Positions 44,949 through 54,482 of a stretch of 64,000 bases of DNA are shown here, one piece after another. Source of the DNA: Thermoproteota archaeon (GTDB lineage Archaea > Korarchaeota > Korarchaeia > Korarchaeales > Korarchaeaceae). The position numbers and the translations under genes were made by a program. How positions within the stretch are numbered: position 1 is the stretch's first letter; every line of letters begins with the position of its first letter. The DNA is taken from the NCBI GenBank assembly GCA_027491735.1, contig JAOZGP010000006.1, positions 32,001 to 96,000 on the forward strand. The letters are read 5' to 3'. The notes under the pieces were generated by a model, which had not been told where the DNA came from, made no database searches, and saw only the letters and a list, made by a program, of their open reading frames with translations.

Positions 44949-46018
44949 ATCCTCCTCTCAGCCTCTTCGATCGCACTCACAACAACTTCTTCGAATTCTC
45001 CATCATCTGGGTAGACGAAGAGCTTCGTGCCGTAGTTCACCTTCTGCATCTTCTTTTCAGCCTTCTCGATGTAGCTCTTTGCAAATGGGCTTGGAACAGT
45101 CCACACGTCATCACTGACAGCTATAGCTAAAGACTCCCATTCAACTACTGGTAGAAATCTCGTCTTCTTTGCTCCAAACAGAAATTCGATTAGGAACTTT
45201 TGTAAAGCGTCGAGAGTCGCTTCTATCCTCTTCTTCCTGTCGTTAACCACTTCTTCTCCGGCTCTATCGTAAACAAAAGTTGCTCTTCCTATGTATCTTG
45301 TATCCAGATCGAAGCTAAAGGTATAGACTGCTGAAGATAGCTCAACGTAGTATATCATCTGTCCACGAGCTTCTTCTTCTCCACGAACAAATGGAGTTCC
45401 TAAGGCATATCTTGAATGCAACTGTGGTTCAATTACCACGTTTTCAAGAGCCTCCTTCGTCGGAATCATGTAGCCAGTGTAAAAGTTGGAGGTTCTTTTG
45501 ATGTTACTAAAGATAGGTCTAGCTGAAATTTGATTTCGTTGTTTCTCTTTTGATGCTATTCCTTTCGACTCCAGAATGTCAATATCACTAATACCATTTT
45601 CAAACTGTCTTTCACTTTGAGTTTCTGGAGCGTGCAAGAAACCTCCAACATCCTCTATGAAGCAGTTCCTAATAATAAAAGCCTCTAACTCGAAATCTGA
45701 GGATACTCTACCAGTAGATTTTAATTTGTCTCTAAATTGTGATACTAATGTCGCCAAATTTGTGCTCTTTAGAAATATTCCCTTTTCACACAGCTTACAA
45801 ACTGGCAATCCATTTTCCTTAGCCTCTTCAGCCAAGACCTCCTGAAATCCATGTGCAATTGATTCACCGCTTATCGCTGGAGCAAAATAAGTAGCATAGG
45901 TTTCGGGAACTATCACAGGCACTCTTCTGTGCTTTACGTAATTTCCAACACTTTCCGTCATGTTTAAAGCCTCAACGTTGATCAAAACCCTTCCTCTAAT
46001 TGAAACGAACATATTCAT
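44945..46018 (-). CDS. cas7: type I-A Cas7 (Csa2)
   Basis: Motifs EALNMTESVGNYVKHRR, ISGESIAH, EDVGGFL, QLHSR, FGAKKTRFLP. Confidence 0.95.
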   Translation of the reverse strand: MNMFVSIRGRVLINVEALNMTESVGNYVKHRRVPVIVPETYATYFAPAISGESIAHGFQEVLAEEAKENGLPVCKLCEKGIFLKSTNLATLVSQFRDKLKSTGRVSSDFELEAFIIRNCFIEDVGGFLHAPETQSERQFENGISDIDILESKGIASKEKQRNQISARPIFSNIKRTSNFYTGYMIPTKEALENVVIEPQLHSRYALGTPFVRGEEEARGQMIYYVELSSAVYTFSFDLDTRYIGRATFVYDRAGEEVVNDRKKRIEATLDALQKFLIEFLFGAKKTRFLPVVEWESLAIAVSDDVWTVPSPFAKSYIEKAEKKMQKVNYGTKLFVYPDDGEFEEVVVSAIEEAERRI

Positions 46019-46368
46019 CCCTCCTTCATGAGAGAAGCTGAAATTGAGAGTGCTTTGGCTGAAATAAGTGCCGTAATCTCTCTCAGCTTCTTCTTATCCT
46101 TTGAATCCAACTTTGCTAACTCCTGAATGCTCCTCTCAACTCTATCGAAGTTGATTTGGTCTGCCTCCTCCTTAGCTCTGGGGTTTTCCCACCTTTGGCT
46201 GTTGATCAGCGAGTGGAGGTCCCTCAAGGCCTCCCTCACGTAATAGACAGCCAGATCCTTGGAGGGCGCGTAGCCAAGCTTATCGACGTATGTGTAATTA
46301 CCCTCTTCCGCTATAAGAATGGCTAGAACCTTCGCCAAATCCCTATCGAAGCTCATAAAATGACCCAC
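46015..46368 (-). CDS. csa5: type I-A small subunit Csa5 (Cas11)
   Basis: NYTYVDKLGYAPSKDLAVYYVREALRD; first gene of the effector operon. Confidence 0.88.
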   Translation of the reverse strand: MGHFMSFDRDLAKVLAILIAEEGNYTYVDKLGYAPSKDLAVYYVREALRDLHSLINSQRWENPRAKEEADQINFDRVERSIQELAKLDSKDKKKLREITALISAKALSISASLMKEG

Positions 46369-46383
46369 AAACTCAGATGTACA

Positions 46384-46403
46384 AAAACTTATAAAGTTTT
46401 CTC
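46384..46403 (-). promoter_or_regulatory. BRE/TATA promoter of the cas effector operon
   Basis: The - strand reads GAGAAAAC-TTTATAAG about 20-30 bp upstream of the csa5 start. Confidence 0.6.
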
Positions 46404-46565
46404 TTTAGCTATTAAGCCAGTCGATGAGATCATTTCTGAGCACTCCAATTTCTTCCAGAACGACCTGGAGCTGCTGCCTGCTTAAAAGCATCCTTGCTGG
46501 CGTGTGGATTGTGGGTAACAAAGATTTTTAAGTAATCACACCCAAGCCCTCTTCGGTGATACCGT

Positions 46566-46817
46566 TTGGGAAATCATGTTATCATAGGTGCGATCCTCCT
46601 GCTTATATGCGCTGCATCCATAGCCTACGCTTACGTGGCCTGGAGCAAGGAGTGTGAGGTCAACGACATGATCCAGAAGGCAGGGGCTTACATGGACAAG
46701 GGGGAATACGACAAGGCGATAGATCTCCTGAAGAAGGTCCTCGAACTTGATCCAAATAATCCCATTGCGTATTACGACCTGGCCAGGGTTATCCCAAGGG
46801 CTTTGGCGGGGAGCTGA
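46566..46817 (+). CDS. short membrane-anchored TPR protein, probably truncated
   Basis: TM helix followed by AGAYMDKGEYDKAIDLLKKVLELDPNNPIAYYDLA (TPR), then an early stop. Confidence 0.6.
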   Translation: MGNHVIIGAILLLICAASIAYAYVAWSKECEVNDMIQKAGAYMDKGEYDKAIDLLKKVLELDPNNPIAYYDLARVIPRALAGS

Positions 46818-46914
46818 GGTGCTGTCGTGCTCGGCATAGGCATCTCTGAGCAGATCGGTCCTCAGAGGCAATCCTCAGCCCTGGAGAGGTGCAGCTGGCA
46901 CATGGCTGCTCACC

Positions 46915-47655
46915 TCAGGGCAGGGCCTCGACGTAGTCCCTCAGGCTCTTCAGGATCTTCTCATGCTTCCTCTCGTCGTCAGCTATGCTGTCTATCAGCA
47001 GGGTCAGTATCCTGTGAGGGAGGAGCTCCTTGATCTTGTCAAGTCCCTTCGTGTGGAGCAGCCTCTCCTCCTCCAGGAGCTTGTTCAGGAGCTCCATGTC
47101 AGGCACATCTATCCTCATCTCCCCTCCTCTCTCAACGACAGACATCAGCATGAACATTATGTCGGCGTGTTTCAGACAGTCCCTGGCTATCATCCTGATG
47201 AGCATCCTCAGAGGCTGATTTCTGATCTTGGAGGCGATCCTCAGGAACTCCTCGGCTGACCTGTGCTCAACCTCGAACCTCCTCCTCAGGAGGTTGATCA
47301 GCTTTGCAGCCCTCTCCTCCTCCATTATCATAAGATCTCTTCTCTCTCCACTCACCACAGACCCTCTCTCAATCAGGGAGATTGCAGAGAGAGCTAGATC
47401 GTAAAGGGCAGGAAGGTCTATCTTTCCACCCTTGTCAACGGCCAGGTCCGTGAACCTCCTCACAAGATCCATCGCACCACTCCTCAGGAGGAGCTCAGCC
47501 AAATCCCCAGCTCTCTTACCCTCCAAGTACAGGGTTATGGCTGAAGGAGTTAGCCCCAAGATCTCCGCAGCCTTCTTCCTGCTGAAACCGTGGCGCTCAA
47601 TGAGATCCCTTGCTATGAGGGCCCTCAAACCTGGAATGACCTCCTCTGGCTTCAC
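46915..47655 (-). CDS. HTH transcription regulator (COG2522-like) fused to ferritin/rubrerythrin-like four-helix domain
   Basis: N-terminal LRALIARDL..HGFSRKKAAEILGLTPSAITLYLEGKRA; C-terminal E..DCLKH..EEE..DERKH. GTG 47655 is the probable start. Confidence 0.8.
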   Translation of the reverse strand: MKPEEVIPGLRALIARDLIERHGFSRKKAAEILGLTPSAITLYLEGKRAGDLAELLLRSGAMDLVRRFTDLAVDKGGKIDLPALYDLALSAISLIERGSVVSGERRDLMIMEEERAAKLINLLRRRFEVEHRSAEEFLRIASKIRNQPLRMLIRMIARDCLKHADIMFMLMSVVERGGEMRIDVPDMELLNKLLEEERLLHTKGLDKIKELLPHRILTLLIDSIADDERKHEKILKSLRDYVEALP

Positions 47656-47716
47656 AAGGTATTTATCAGTGTTACCTTTTTTGTTTTTCCCTGAAAGGAA
47701 TTCGAGCCATCGCACG

Positions 47717-47748
47717 AAAATTACAGAGTTAATTAACAGAGTAATTTT
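47717..47748. promoter_or_regulatory. 32-bp palindromic operator AAAATTAC-aga-GTTAATTAAC-aga-GTAATTTT overlapping the feoA TATA box
   Basis: 26 of 32 positions are palindromic; it abuts TTTATATA at about 47746-47753. Confidence 0.65.
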
Positions 47749-47777
47749 TATATACAAGCTGCCTTGCTGAGGAGCTG

Positions 47778-48041
47778 GTGAGGCGCATGAGAAAACCTCT
47801 CAGCGAACTGGAGGTTGGACAGACCGGCGTGGTGGTCGACATATCCGGTGGATCTCCAAAATTCAGAAGGAGAGTGCTGGACATGGGGATCACTAAGGGA
47901 AGGAGGGTGAAGGTGGTCAGAAAGGCACCGCTCAGGGATCCCGTGGAGTTCGAGGTGTTGGGGTACAACATATCCCTCAGGAGGGATGAGGCCAGGCACA
48001 TCCTGGTTGAGGTCGAGGAGTATGAGGGTGGGAAGAGGTGA
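47778..48041 (+). CDS. feoA: ferrous iron transport protein A
   Basis: Motifs RRVLDMGITKG, APLRDP, ISLRRDEA. Confidence 0.93.
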   Translation: MRRMRKPLSELEVGQTGVVVDISGGSPKFRRRVLDMGITKGRRVKVVRKAPLRDPVEFEVLGYNISLRRDEARHILVEVEEYEGGKR

Positions 48042-48262
48042 TGCCGCTCTCCTTTCTCGGCGAGGGAGAGTCCGGAACTGTGGTCTGGGTGAGAGCTGGA
48101 AGAGGGCTCACCGGAAAGCTCCTCTCGATGGGGATATCACCGGGCGCAAGGGTCAGGGTCCTGAAGTCAGGTCCGGGACCTCTCCTGATAGAGATCGGAC
48201 AGACAAGGATGGCGATCAGCAGGGGGGTTGCGATGAAGGTGGTCGTTAGACGGGAGGGATGA
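48038..48262 (+). CDS. feoA: ferrous iron transport protein A (second copy)
   Basis: Motifs KLLSMGISPG, GPLLI, RMAISRGVA. Confidence 0.9.
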   Translation: MMPLSFLGEGESGTVVWVRAGRGLTGKLLSMGISPGARVRVLKSGPGPLLIEIGQTRMAISRGVAMKVVVRREG

Positions 48263-50292
48263 GCGTGGCGGATCCGAAGATGATCAAGGTGGCCCTCGCA
48301 GGGAATCCGAATGTCGGCAAGTCCGTCATATTCAATAACCTGACAGGAGCTCACCAGCACGTTGGGAACTGGCCAGGGAAAACGATAGATAAGAAGGAGG
48401 GATTCCACAGGTTCGACGACAGGACCCTCTACATAATGGACCTTCCAGGGACCTACAGCCTGACCGCAATGTCTGTCGAGGAGGTCATAGCAAGGGACTA
48501 CATAATATACGAGAGGCCGGACGTGGTGGTGAACGTGGTCGACGCCATGAACCTGGAGAGGAACCTGTACCTGACGTTGCAGCTCAAGGAGCTTGGAGCG
48601 AACGTGGTGATCGCCCTCAACAAGATGGATCTTATCAAGAAGGCGGGGATGAGGATAGACGTCAGGAAGCTCGAGGAGGAGCTTGGAGTTCCTGTGGTTC
48701 CAACAATCGCTCCGAAGAGGAGAGGAATGAGGGAGCTCGTTGCAGAGGTTGTGAGATCGGCTGAGAAGCATAGGAGCTCAAGGAGCTCCGAGGAGCCTCT
48801 CTCCTACGGAGAGGCTGAGAAGTTCATAAAGGAACTCCAAGAAATTGCCTCATCGATTGAGGGGGTGAGGAAGCTCTTCAATACGAGGTGGGTTGTGATC
48901 AAGATCCTCGAGGGAGATTCGGACGTGATGAGGAAGCTCTCTGAGGTGGAAGGAGGCGAGGAGCTGGTGAGGGCAGGAGAGGAGATTAGGAAGAGGATGA
49001 GCGGGGAGCTCGGAGATCCGGAGGTCGTCATCGCCGACGCTAGGTATGCGAGAATAAGGAAGGTGATCTCCAAGGCTGTTGGTGTTCTCAAAAGGCTTCC
49101 TGCATCAGATCTACTGGACAAAGTTCTCCTCGACAGGATATTTGGCATACCGATCTTCCTGGTGATCCTGTGGTGGTGGTTCCAGATGGCCTTCATAGGA
49201 TCCACTCCCTTCTGCGACCTCCTTGGGGATGGCTTTGCTATGCTGGGTGAGGCTCTCTCAGGCCTGACGGGGAACACAGTGATGGACTACTTTCTCTTCG
49301 GAGAGTACGGGCTGATTCAGGGGTTGGGAGCAGTCCTGAGCTTCGTTCCTCTGATAATGTTCCTCTACTTCATACTATCTCTCCTCGAGGACTCGGGCTA
49401 CATGGCTAGAGTGGCCTTCGTGATGGACAGGATCATGAGGAAGGTTGGGCTCTCTGGCAGGGCGATAGTGCCCATGATAATGGGGTTCGGGTGCAACGTC
49501 CCTGCTGTCTACGCTACGAGGGTCATACCGGATGAGAAGGACAGGTTGATAGCGATATTGACGAATCCGCTCATGCTCTGTGGAGCAAGGCTTGTCTTCT
49601 TCTCAGCAATAGCAGCTGCCTTCTTCGGGATCTATGCTGGGGACGTCCTCCTCTCCCTGTACCTCCTCGGGATCTTCCTGGCGTTCATGGTCGCACTGGC
49701 TTTGAGGAGAACAGTCTTCAGGGAGGCGGTCTCCCCGTTCATCCTGGAGTTTCCAGCATACCAGAAGCCGTCGTTCAGGGTGGCATTCGTCAGGATGTGG
49801 GACAGGGGATCCATGTACCTCAGGAAGGCTCTTGGGGTTATCCTGATAGGCCTCCTGATAATAGGAGCTCTCACTGTGACGGATGCAAGCACATTCACAT
49901 TCACCACGGATCCCGAGAATAGCTTGATTGCGTCACTTGGCAGGAGTCTTCAGCCGATTTTCTCACCTCTTCACTGGAGTTGGAGGCTGGTGGTAGCCAT
50001 GGTCTTCGGGTTCGTTGCTAAGGAGATAGTTCTAGGAGCATCTGCCATGCTCTATGGGGTTGGTGAGGAGGAGATAGCCTCCAGGATGGCCGAGATGTAC
50101 AGCCCGGTGGACATGTATGGGTACATGACCTTCATCCTCATCTACATGCCCTGCATAGTGACAGTCGCCGCCATAAGGCAGGAGACGGGGTCGTGGAAGT
50201 GGACCTCGTTCTCAGTGGTCTACGGCCTCATCCTTGCGTACCTTGTGAACTTGGTCGTCGTGACTCTCGGTCACCTGATCCTCGGGTGGTGA
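48259..50292 (+). CDS. feoB: ferrous iron transporter B
   Basis: Motifs GNPNVGKS, VGNWPGKT, DLPG, NKMD, LEDSGYMAR, GFGCNVPA, YMPC. Confidence 0.97.
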   Translation: MSVADPKMIKVALAGNPNVGKSVIFNNLTGAHQHVGNWPGKTIDKKEGFHRFDDRTLYIMDLPGTYSLTAMSVEEVIARDYIIYERPDVVVNVVDAMNLERNLYLTLQLKELGANVVIALNKMDLIKKAGMRIDVRKLEEELGVPVVPTIAPKRRGMRELVAEVVRSAEKHRSSRSSEEPLSYGEAEKFIKELQEIASSIEGVRKLFNTRWVVIKILEGDSDVMRKLSEVEGGEELVRAGEEIRKRMSGELGDPEVVIADARYARIRKVISKAVGVLKRLPASDLLDKVLLDRIFGIPIFLVILWWWFQMAFIGSTPFCDLLGDGFAMLGEALSGLTGNTVMDYFLFGEYGLIQGLGAVLSFVPLIMFLYFILSLLEDSGYMARVAFVMDRIMRKVGLSGRAIVPMIMGFGCNVPAVYATRVIPDEKDRLIAILTNPLMLCGARLVFFSAIAAAFFGIYAGDVLLSLYLLGIFLAFMVALALRRTVFREAVSPFILEFPAYQKPSFRVAFVRMWDRGSMYLRKALGVILIGLLIIGALTVTDASTFTFTTDPENSLIASLGRSLQPIFSPLHWSWRLVVAMVFGFVAKEIVLGASAMLYGVGEEEIASRMAEMYSPVDMYGYMTFILIYMPCIVTVAAIRQETGSWKWTSFSVVYGLILAYLVNLVVVTLGHLILGW

Positions 50293-50298
50293 GAATAC

Positions 50299-50823
50299 AT
50301 GGAGCGGGGACATAGTGAGTGGATTGGACGTGAGCCCCACAGGTGGGCCTATACCCTGGCAGCGTTGCTGTCTGTGCTGTACGTGATCTACGGGGCTCTT
50401 CAGCTCTACAACGGCATTGCCGACTGGTGGTTTCCCTGGATGGGAGGAGGAGCACAACTTGGTTTCGGGCTCGGCGAGTCCTATGTGCCGAACGTATTCC
50501 CCGATCCCTTCTCAGGACTTGCACTGGTGGTGATAGGAGCGATCTTCGCCAGAGCATTCCTCCTCTTTGTGAGAAGGGAGGAGTCCTCGAGGGGGTTCCT
50601 CTTCGTCGGGTGGATCCTGGCCCTGATGATGTTGATCCTGAACCTGACGGTGCTCCTGGCCGACATCCTCGACACATACTATCCACTCATCTGGGGAGGA
50701 GAGGTGGAGATGTGGACCCTTGGAACGGATCCCTGGGGGATATCCCCCCATCTGGTGCTCGGAGCCATAGCAGCGCTCATTTATCCAGAGATCAGGGACG
50801 TCCTGAGGCAGCTCGTCACCTGA
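50299..50823 (+). CDS. hypothetical multi-TM membrane protein cotranscribed with feoB
   Basis: Begins 6 bp after the feoB stop; about 4 hydrophobic helices; T-tracts after its stop. Confidence 0.75.
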   Translation: MERGHSEWIGREPHRWAYTLAALLSVLYVIYGALQLYNGIADWWFPWMGGGAQLGFGLGESYVPNVFPDPFSGLALVVIGAIFARAFLLFVRREESSRGFLFVGWILALMMLILNLTVLLADILDTYYPLIWGGEVEMWTLGTDPWGISPHLVLGAIAALIYPEIRDVLRQLVT

Positions 50824-51380
50824 ACAATCTTTTTTGGGCTTACACAGGCCTTTTTCATGGATGAGGTGGATGAAGATGCACGACCACACTCTTATGGTTT
50901 AGAGAGGATCGACATAAGCGCAGAGCAAAAGCCGTTCTGGAACAGGGAAGAAGCGCTCTATGTTCACATCCTCGCGATCAACTCAATGCCCGCGGAGATC
51001 CTCAGCGGTTTCAGCGCTATCTCACAGGTCTTCGCTGGAGGGCTGACCGGTGGGCGAATTCACCTTATCAATTCAAGCAACCGTAGCAGAACTGAGGTGA
51101 GGGAAAAGAGCCCATTCTAACACAGAAGGCGCTATTCTGGTGAACATACCTGCCTATCTAACGGTCTTGAGTTCACTCACTAAAATGCTTTGTGGACGAG
51201 AGCGGAGGATCGAGCAAGTCCCAACAAACGTTTCTGCGAGGAGAAGTAGAACTGTGAGGTTCGCCCAAGGGAGCTGACCTCATCCTTGAGGTGGTGGATC
51301 ATCGCTGGGGCGTTAGCGTCCGAGTTCCATCTGGACAAGCTCTCAGCAAGCCCTCCCGTGGAGACGTCCAGCATAGGACT

Positions 51381-52201
51381 TCAGAGGTCGCAGGGAGAGC
51401 TTTGCTCTCTGATGTGAGTCGCCAGCATTGCACTATAGGGATTTCCTCCCCTGACATATCCCCAGCTTCTTCCTCCCACATATTCTCCAAGCTTCAGGGC
51501 TCTGACGATATCATCAATGTCCGTTAACCTGGTGCTCTGGACGAAATGTACTCCCTCCTCGAGCAGGGGCTGGGGATGACACCCAGCAGTGGGGCCGACG
51601 AGCACAACAATCCCGATGGAGTGAGATAGTATCAGGTCTATTGTGTCATTGAGCAGGGCTGCTCCAGTCGCTATAACCGTTTTAGCCCTCCTGAGAAGCC
51701 TGAGCTCCACAGAATCACTCAAAGCAGTGCCACAACGCATTATAGGGTTTTTCTCCGTGAAGCAGTACTCAGAATTCCCCTTTCCTCCAGCAGTCTTCTG
51801 ACCGGGGACATGTTTCCGATGACAAGCACGGGCTCCTTCAGGAACTCCAGGTACTCGAAGGGATCAACGAACTGAACGTTTCCTCTGAGCTCAAACCTCC
51901 AGAGCAGATAGGCCGATATGGCGTTAAGGAGAGCCACACCCAGGGCCCTCTCCAAGGGATTCATCGAGCTGATCAGATGTTCGATCTCCTCAACCGCAGG
52001 GGGTCTGGTCTTCTGACGAGGAGATCCAGACACGTCCTCCAGAAGGGTCGCTGCAACTCCCATCTCCCTTCCCCTAGGTCCTTCAACAACAACGTACGCA
52101 TTCCTAAGGCAGATCCCATAGTCCAGAATGGCCGGATAGTTTATCCTGAGCTCCTCGTATCTGTTCAGGACCCACCTCAGTGCTCTATCCAGGAGGAACA
52201 T
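51381..52201 (-). pseudogene. DUF364-like Rossmann-fold putative metal-chelation protein, frameshifted
   Basis: Abutting ORFs 51740..52201 (ERALGVALLNAIS, VLVIGNM) and 51381..51740 (TGAALLNDTID, VLVGPTA) together form one family member. Confidence 0.7.
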
Positions 52202-52326
52202 GGGATCACCTCACCGGAAGCGCCGGAAACAACATGGCCGCTTCAACTCCCACCATTGTGACCCGACCTGGAGCGATCTCGAACTCTGAGGTCAGCAGCC
52301 CTGTTGGTACACGAGGGTCTGCCGGA

Positions 52327-52890
52327 TCACCTCTCTCGAGCTCGGGGCAGTGCTCCCTCACCACAACAACCTCTCATCCTAGCGAACCACAGCAGAGCAG
52401 CGATGGTCTTGACGTCCACGATCTCCCCGATCATCCTGAAGGCCTCATCGACGCGGATCCTGTGGACCTCTATCCTCTCAGATGGCTCCGGGTGCATCTC
52501 CCCCCTCGAGAGGTCCGTGGCGAGGAAGAAGTGCATCCTCTCAGTTCCATATCCTGGAATTAGGTACGCCTCAAACATCTTCTCAAGCCTGCCGGCTCTG
52601 AGCCCGGTTTCTTCCTCAAGTTCTCTCCTAGCACATTCCTCGGGGCTTTCTCCCTCCTCTAAAGTTCCTGCTGGTATCTCCCACATGCATCCATCGATCG
52701 CACACCTGTACTGCCTCAGCAGGTAGATGTGGTCGTCCTCGTAGGGGAGTATTGAGACCGATCCAGGATGCCTCACAACCTCCCTCACCACCCCCTCCAC
52801 CTCCCTGACCTCCAGGGTAATAACCCTCCCTCTGTAGAGGAGCTTGAGCTCCCCCCTATCCTTCTCACGGGCTAGTGGATCTCCAGTCAT
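52327..52890 (-). CDS. Nudix hydrolase (ADP-ribose pyrophosphatase-like)
   Basis: Nudix box GTLEEGESPEECARRELEEETG; REVVRHPGSV; LRQYR. Confidence 0.92.
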   Translation of the reverse strand: MTGDPLAREKDRGELKLLYRGRVITLEVREVEGVVREVVRHPGSVSILPYEDDHIYLLRQYRCAIDGCMWEIPAGTLEEGESPEECARRELEEETGLRAGRLEKMFEAYLIPGYGTERMHFFLATDLSRGEMHPEPSERIEVHRIRVDEAFRMIGEIVDVKTIAALLWFARMRGCCGEGALPRARER

Positions 52891-53076
52891 CCTTCAAATC
52901 GGGTGACAAAAACATAAATGCTTTTTGAAAGCCCTCCACAGAGCCGCACCTTCTCCTTGCCTCTCATCCTCCACGCCTTCTGCTGATTGACATTTAAATA
53001 TCGAACCTGTGGAGCTATGGAAAAATCCATCAGTGGATTAAGGATCTCGCGAAGAATACAGTATGAAATATATCCC

Positions 53077-53328
53077 AGTTGAAGAGGAATATACGTCAAA
53101 GACATGTCCTCTTTGCGGAGAAGTCCACGAAAATGGTAGAAAACACAGAGGCTTATTCGTTTGTCCTGTTAAGAACTATGAATGCAGATTTAGTGAGCGC
53201 TTTTAATATACCCCATAACGGTGAGTCCCCGCAGGAGGGTAGCCGTAACGGGGATAAGACCGCTCCCTTAAGTCTACTCCCCGTCCTTGCAGGAACCCTC
53301 GCCCTTTAGGGCCGGGGGGGGGGGGCAG
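53077..53328 (+). mobile_element. tnpB: IS200/IS605 remnant: tnpB 3' fragment plus right end / omegaRNA region
   Basis: Across frames: EEYTSKTCPLCGEVHENGRKHRGLFVCP (Zn ribbon), MNADLVSAFNI (RuvC-III region), AGTLAL*. Ends in GGAACCCTCGCCCTTTAGGGC(G)n. Confidence 0.82.
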
Positions 53329-53381
53329 AGTGGAACACTTTTTAAGTTCTCCTCTGTGGAGGACTGTTAGCAGGACCTGAC

Positions 53382-54335
53382 ATGAATAACATCCTAGGTT
53401 GCCTTGAGAAGGTTCTAACATTGCTCGTGGAGAAGAATCTCAAGGAGATATCACCGACAATCAACTATCTGCATGGACCGGATTTTCACGAGGCCTTAGG
53501 ACTAAGTCGTGATGAATGTCCCGATCTGAGTGAGGTTCTCGAGACCCTTGTGGAGGAGGGAGTGCTCAGGAAGCACAAGGTGGGGAGCATTCCATCCTGC
53601 CCGAGTTGCGGTTCCTTCAAGCTCATGGTTAGGCTCACGTGTCCTGTATGTGGTTCCATCAACATAAGAAAAGTTGATTCAATAACGCATCTGGCTTGTG
53701 GCTTCACCGCTCCCTCTGATAAGTTCGAATACGGGGATCTGCTGAGATGTCCTAGCTGCGGGAAGACCCTTAAGGCTTTGGGCGTTGATTACGGCAGGTT
53801 CACTGATGCCATATTATGCGATGATTGTGGCAAGCTCTCCTTCTCCCCCAGGGTGATCTTTGAGTGTTCCGACTGCGGAACGGTATCAACTGAGAAGGAG
53901 CTATCTCTCAAACCTGTGTACAGATATGAAGTTGTAAGTGAGAGACTGCTTGCCAGAAGGCCTATAGCGGCAGATGTGGTGAGGCTGCTGAGGGAAAGGG
54001 GGTTTGATGTAAAAGCCCCGAAGGAGGTCATCGGTCTCTCAGGCGTGGTTCATAGGTTCTCCCTAGCCGCTCGCAGAGGTGGAAAAGAACACATCATTGA
54101 TATAGTTCGCTCTAATGAAGCTGTTGATGAATATAGAATCTTGGCGCTTTTCGGCAAGATGATGGACTCCTCGCTGAAGAAGGCCATCCTGATAGCAATA
54201 CCTAAGGCCAGCGAGAACGCTAAAACTCTCGCCGGAAGCCTCGGTATAAGAGTTATAGAGGCATCATGCCTGGATGAGGTGATTGACAAAATAACGGACA
54301 TTATGGAGGAGCTCGAAGAGAAAGAAGATCTTTAG
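53382..54335 (+). CDS. multi-Zn-ribbon TackOD1-like protein with C-terminal restriction-endonuclease-like domain
   Basis: CPSC, CPVC, HLAC, CPSC, CDDC, CSDC; C-terminal GLSGVVHRFSL. Confidence 0.72.
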   Translation: MNNILGCLEKVLTLLVEKNLKEISPTINYLHGPDFHEALGLSRDECPDLSEVLETLVEEGVLRKHKVGSIPSCPSCGSFKLMVRLTCPVCGSINIRKVDSITHLACGFTAPSDKFEYGDLLRCPSCGKTLKALGVDYGRFTDAILCDDCGKLSFSPRVIFECSDCGTVSTEKELSLKPVYRYEVVSERLLARRPIAADVVRLLRERGFDVKAPKEVIGLSGVVHRFSLAARRGGKEHIIDIVRSNEAVDEYRILALFGKMMDSSLKKAILIAIPKASENAKTLAGSLGIRVIEASCLDEVIDKITDIMEELEEKEDL

Positions 54336-54482
54336 AGGTACTAAAGCAAGACCTTCCCGTTCCATCGGAGGACATCTCAGTGAAATCACCCTTCTTAATG
54401 TGTTATTGGACACTACGGTGTTAGTTTGAATCCAAAATTAATAAGTGTGAGTGTATTCAACCGATTCATGGCATAGAATCGA

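Noticed and set aside
47656-47757. N-terminal extension of the HTH-ferritin ORF
   Set aside because: It overlaps the operator and feoA promoter; HTH-family similarity begins at about 47655.
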